Program-made: the position numbers and the translations under genes
In this document: positions 61,051-64,000 of the stretch, piece after piece
Numbering within the stretch: position 1 is the first letter of the stretch
How the letters are laid out: every line of letters begins with the position of its first letter
Notes under the pieces: model-generated
What the model saw: only the letters and a program-made list of their open reading frames with translations
Database searches by the model: none
Told to the model about the DNA's origin: nothing
Origin: Isurus oxyrinchus
Taxonomy: Eukaryota
DNA: 64,000 nucleotides
Assembly: GCA_026770705.1 (NCBI GenBank)
Contig: JANJGN010000126.1
Coordinates: 1,116,001-1,180,000, forward strand
Reading direction: 5' to 3'

Positions 61051-61450
61051 CGAGTCAGGATGGTGTGTGACTTGGAGGGGATTATGTTCACAGACATCTG
61101 CTCCTCTGGTCCTTCTAGCTGGTAGATGTTGCGGGTTTGGGAGATTCTGCCAAAGCTCTGGTAGAGTTGCAGATGTGTAACATCCCGCTCCTTCACGCCC
61201 TGGCTCTCCCATCTCCCTCTCTTTCCTCCCCTAGATTTTGGAGTTTTGTATAGGCCCTGTCCAGTTGGTGGATTCCCTTTCCTAATAGGCATTAATGAAT
61301 CCATCGTGTCTGAAAGCTTTCATTGTCACTTTTTCCTCGCACCAGTCCCAAAAATTACCGGATTCATTCAACTCAATTTCGTAACCAGCCTTCGTGTTTT
61401 TGTGGGTTCTCTCTCACTCCTTTTTGCCTGTTTTAAACTACTTTCACAGG

Positions 61451-61987
<537 letters not shown>

Positions 61988-62169
61988 CTGCTTGGGTTGG
62001 ATTTAGTTCTTAATGATATTGTTGTCTGAAGCATATTCATTGGAGTGTATTTCTGCTGATGTTAATAAACTCCAGCCCAATTATAAATTCTGGATAAAAT
62101 TCAAATAAATCAACTTTGCATTAAACACAGTGTGTTGAGTCTTTTTAATATCTTTAACACAAGTTTGTT

Positions 62170-62810
62170 TCTTTTGAAGGGCTCTCCCTCTCACTTGTTT
62201 CCTCCATCCTCACCTCCAGCAACAATGTGAGGATCTCATGGAGCTTTTTTGTTTCTAAGATTGAGACAATCTTATCAGCTGCCTTTGCTGCTTCCCTCCC
62301 TTCCACTGGCCCAACGGGACAAACTATGTCTGAAGATCCCACTTGCCCAAGCCCTGAACACACATTTTTCATGAGATTCTCTCCAGTCTCCCCTCATGCC
62401 CTCTCAGTGCTCTCTCTGTGCACCACCAGCTCCATCAACCCTATTCCCACGAAACTATTGACCACACAACTTCCCCATGCCTATGACATTCACAACCGTT
62501 CTCCCTTTTTCAAATACTGTCCCGTTCTCCTTTAAATCTTCCATCATTACCACTGTCCTTAAAATAGCAAATTCTTCACTTCTCCATCTTTGCATGCTGT
62601 GGCCCCATTCCCTGTCTCAAGTTCCTTTGAAAAATACTTAAATGTTTTATGATCTCCCAAATCCGTGCCCATCTTCCTCTGAACTCCAGGTTTGAATCTC
62701 TCCAATCAGGTTTCTGCCCTGCCATAATTCCAGAACAGTTATTTTGAAAGTTATATGACTGTGACAAAGGTAAACTTTCCATTCTGGTCTTTCTCGACCT
62801 GTCTGCGGTG
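62170..62810 (+). mobile_element. L2 LINE internal fragment
   Basis: PIPTKLL, ESLQSGFCP, ILVFLDLSA motifs. Confidence 0.65.
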
Positions 62811-63164
62811 GGCCCCTCTCTCACTGGCCTTGGTCTCCATCTATTGTTCTGAACGATGACAGCATTAACCTTTTCCCTAACCTGTCCAAACCCTTCTGCC
62901 GGTTCATTTATTGAAACTAGGGAACCTTCTTGTTCTAATGGTGTTATTTCCTGTCTGCTCATTTATGCCCTGAAGTCAGCCCTTGAATTGTGTTTATTGT
63001 TTCATCATGTTCGCACATTTCAGTAACAAATGTTGAAATGTCTGCTCCACACCCACAGGGTTTCATCTGTTTAAAGTCACAAACAGAAAGGTCCAGTTTT
63101 CTCCTGGAGTTTGAGAGAAATTAGCTTTCAGAATGATGCAGAGTTTCAGCCAATGAGGGAGATC

Positions 63165-63545
63165 CGGCCCCGCCCCTCATTCACTCCGATTGGTTGGAGG
63201 ACCGCCTCTCCAACTCGAGGCTCCTGCCCTATTCCCTCTTCCTCTTAGCCCGCAGCTGCCATCAATCAGCCGGGCATTGTGAGCTGTCAAGTGTGAGGTC
63301 AGTGTCGGGGGCGGGGTTTCCAAATCCGAGTGCGGCCCCAGAGCTGAATCTGAACCAATCAACATTCTCCACTGTCACTATCCGCCGCTTCCGGCTTCTC
63401 TCCGGCACCAACCTCAAGCAAAGAGAGAAGACTCCGAGCATGCGCCATTCACCCGGACAACCCGCGGTAGATAGAGCGGTTTCTGAAGCGCAGTGGATTA
63501 TGGGTAATCTGGCCGCCATTAAATACAACGTCTCAGTTAATCTTT
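63165..63545. promoter_or_regulatory. Inverted paralogue of the left part of the 44.7 kb CpG promoter
   Basis: Reverse-complement match to 44670-45030; GC boxes, CCAAT, CTTCCGG ETS-like, GCATGCGC. Confidence 0.75.
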
Positions 63546-63579
63546 GTCTGAACCTGGGGAATTGAGGGTGGGGTTTCTC

Positions 63580-64000
63580 TTAACATAGGGGCTGAAGAAT
63601 AATAAATACCATGTTCGAGTTCCAAAGCTTCAGACTAGGGTTGATATGGGGCAAAAAGGGAATTTACACAAAGGGGCAGACATATAGCTGAGATATTAAA
63701 TGAATACTTTGCACCTGTTTTAGCAAGGAAGAAGATGCTACCCAGACCATGGTAAAACTCCGAAGTAATTCGGACACTAGATGGGTTTAAAATCGGGAAA
63801 GAGGATGTATTGAATTTGTTATCTGTACTTAAAGTTGTTAAGTCACCAGGACCAGATGAGATACATCCCAGGATACTGCAAGATGTAAATTGAAATTGCG
63901 GAGGCACTGGACATAATTTTTCAATCCTCCGTAGACTCAGGGGTAGTTCCTGAGGACTAAAGATTGCAAACTTTACACTCTTGATCAAAAAGGGCTTAAA
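63580..64000 (+). mobile_element. CR1 LINE ORF2 fragment
   Basis: AEILNEYFAPV..KSPGPDEIHPRIL. Confidence 0.8.

Overview
Repeat-rich eukaryotic DNA from a cartilaginous fish, most likely a shark. This rests on the IgM exons, which from recall closely resemble horn shark IgM, and on the CR1/L2/Penelope/DeuSINE repertoire. The window has three zones. (1) ~1-32.6 kb is a mosaic of short segmentally duplicated modules carrying ~28 tRNA genes or pseudogenes (Glu, Lys, Asn, Ser, Val, Leu, Thr); only Asn-GTT at 15949 and Ser-TGA at 32520 look near-intact. It includes a ~9.4 kb fold-back palindrome with a young Penelope 3' end bearing a hammerhead-like motif at its tip, and repeated splice-site-bounded exon-like pieces of an unidentified host gene. 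(2) 36.8-43.5 kb (minus strand) holds the intact 3' half of an IgM heavy-chain gene (CH3, CH4+secretory tail, TM1, TM2), with all splice sites canonical and a ~3.6 kb CA-rich repeat in the CH4-TM1 intron. No CH2, CH1 or V(D)J is recognisable in the >20 kb upstream; a CpG-rich promoter sits 1.2 kb away instead. (3) 44.7-64 kb is a cluster of KRAB-less C2H2 zinc-finger genes (one intact, two damaged) with paralogous CpG promoters, among LINE/SINE/Penelope debris and two more tRNA pseudogenes. All calls were made by eye, without alignment or database search. Boundaries of degenerate repeats are approximate.
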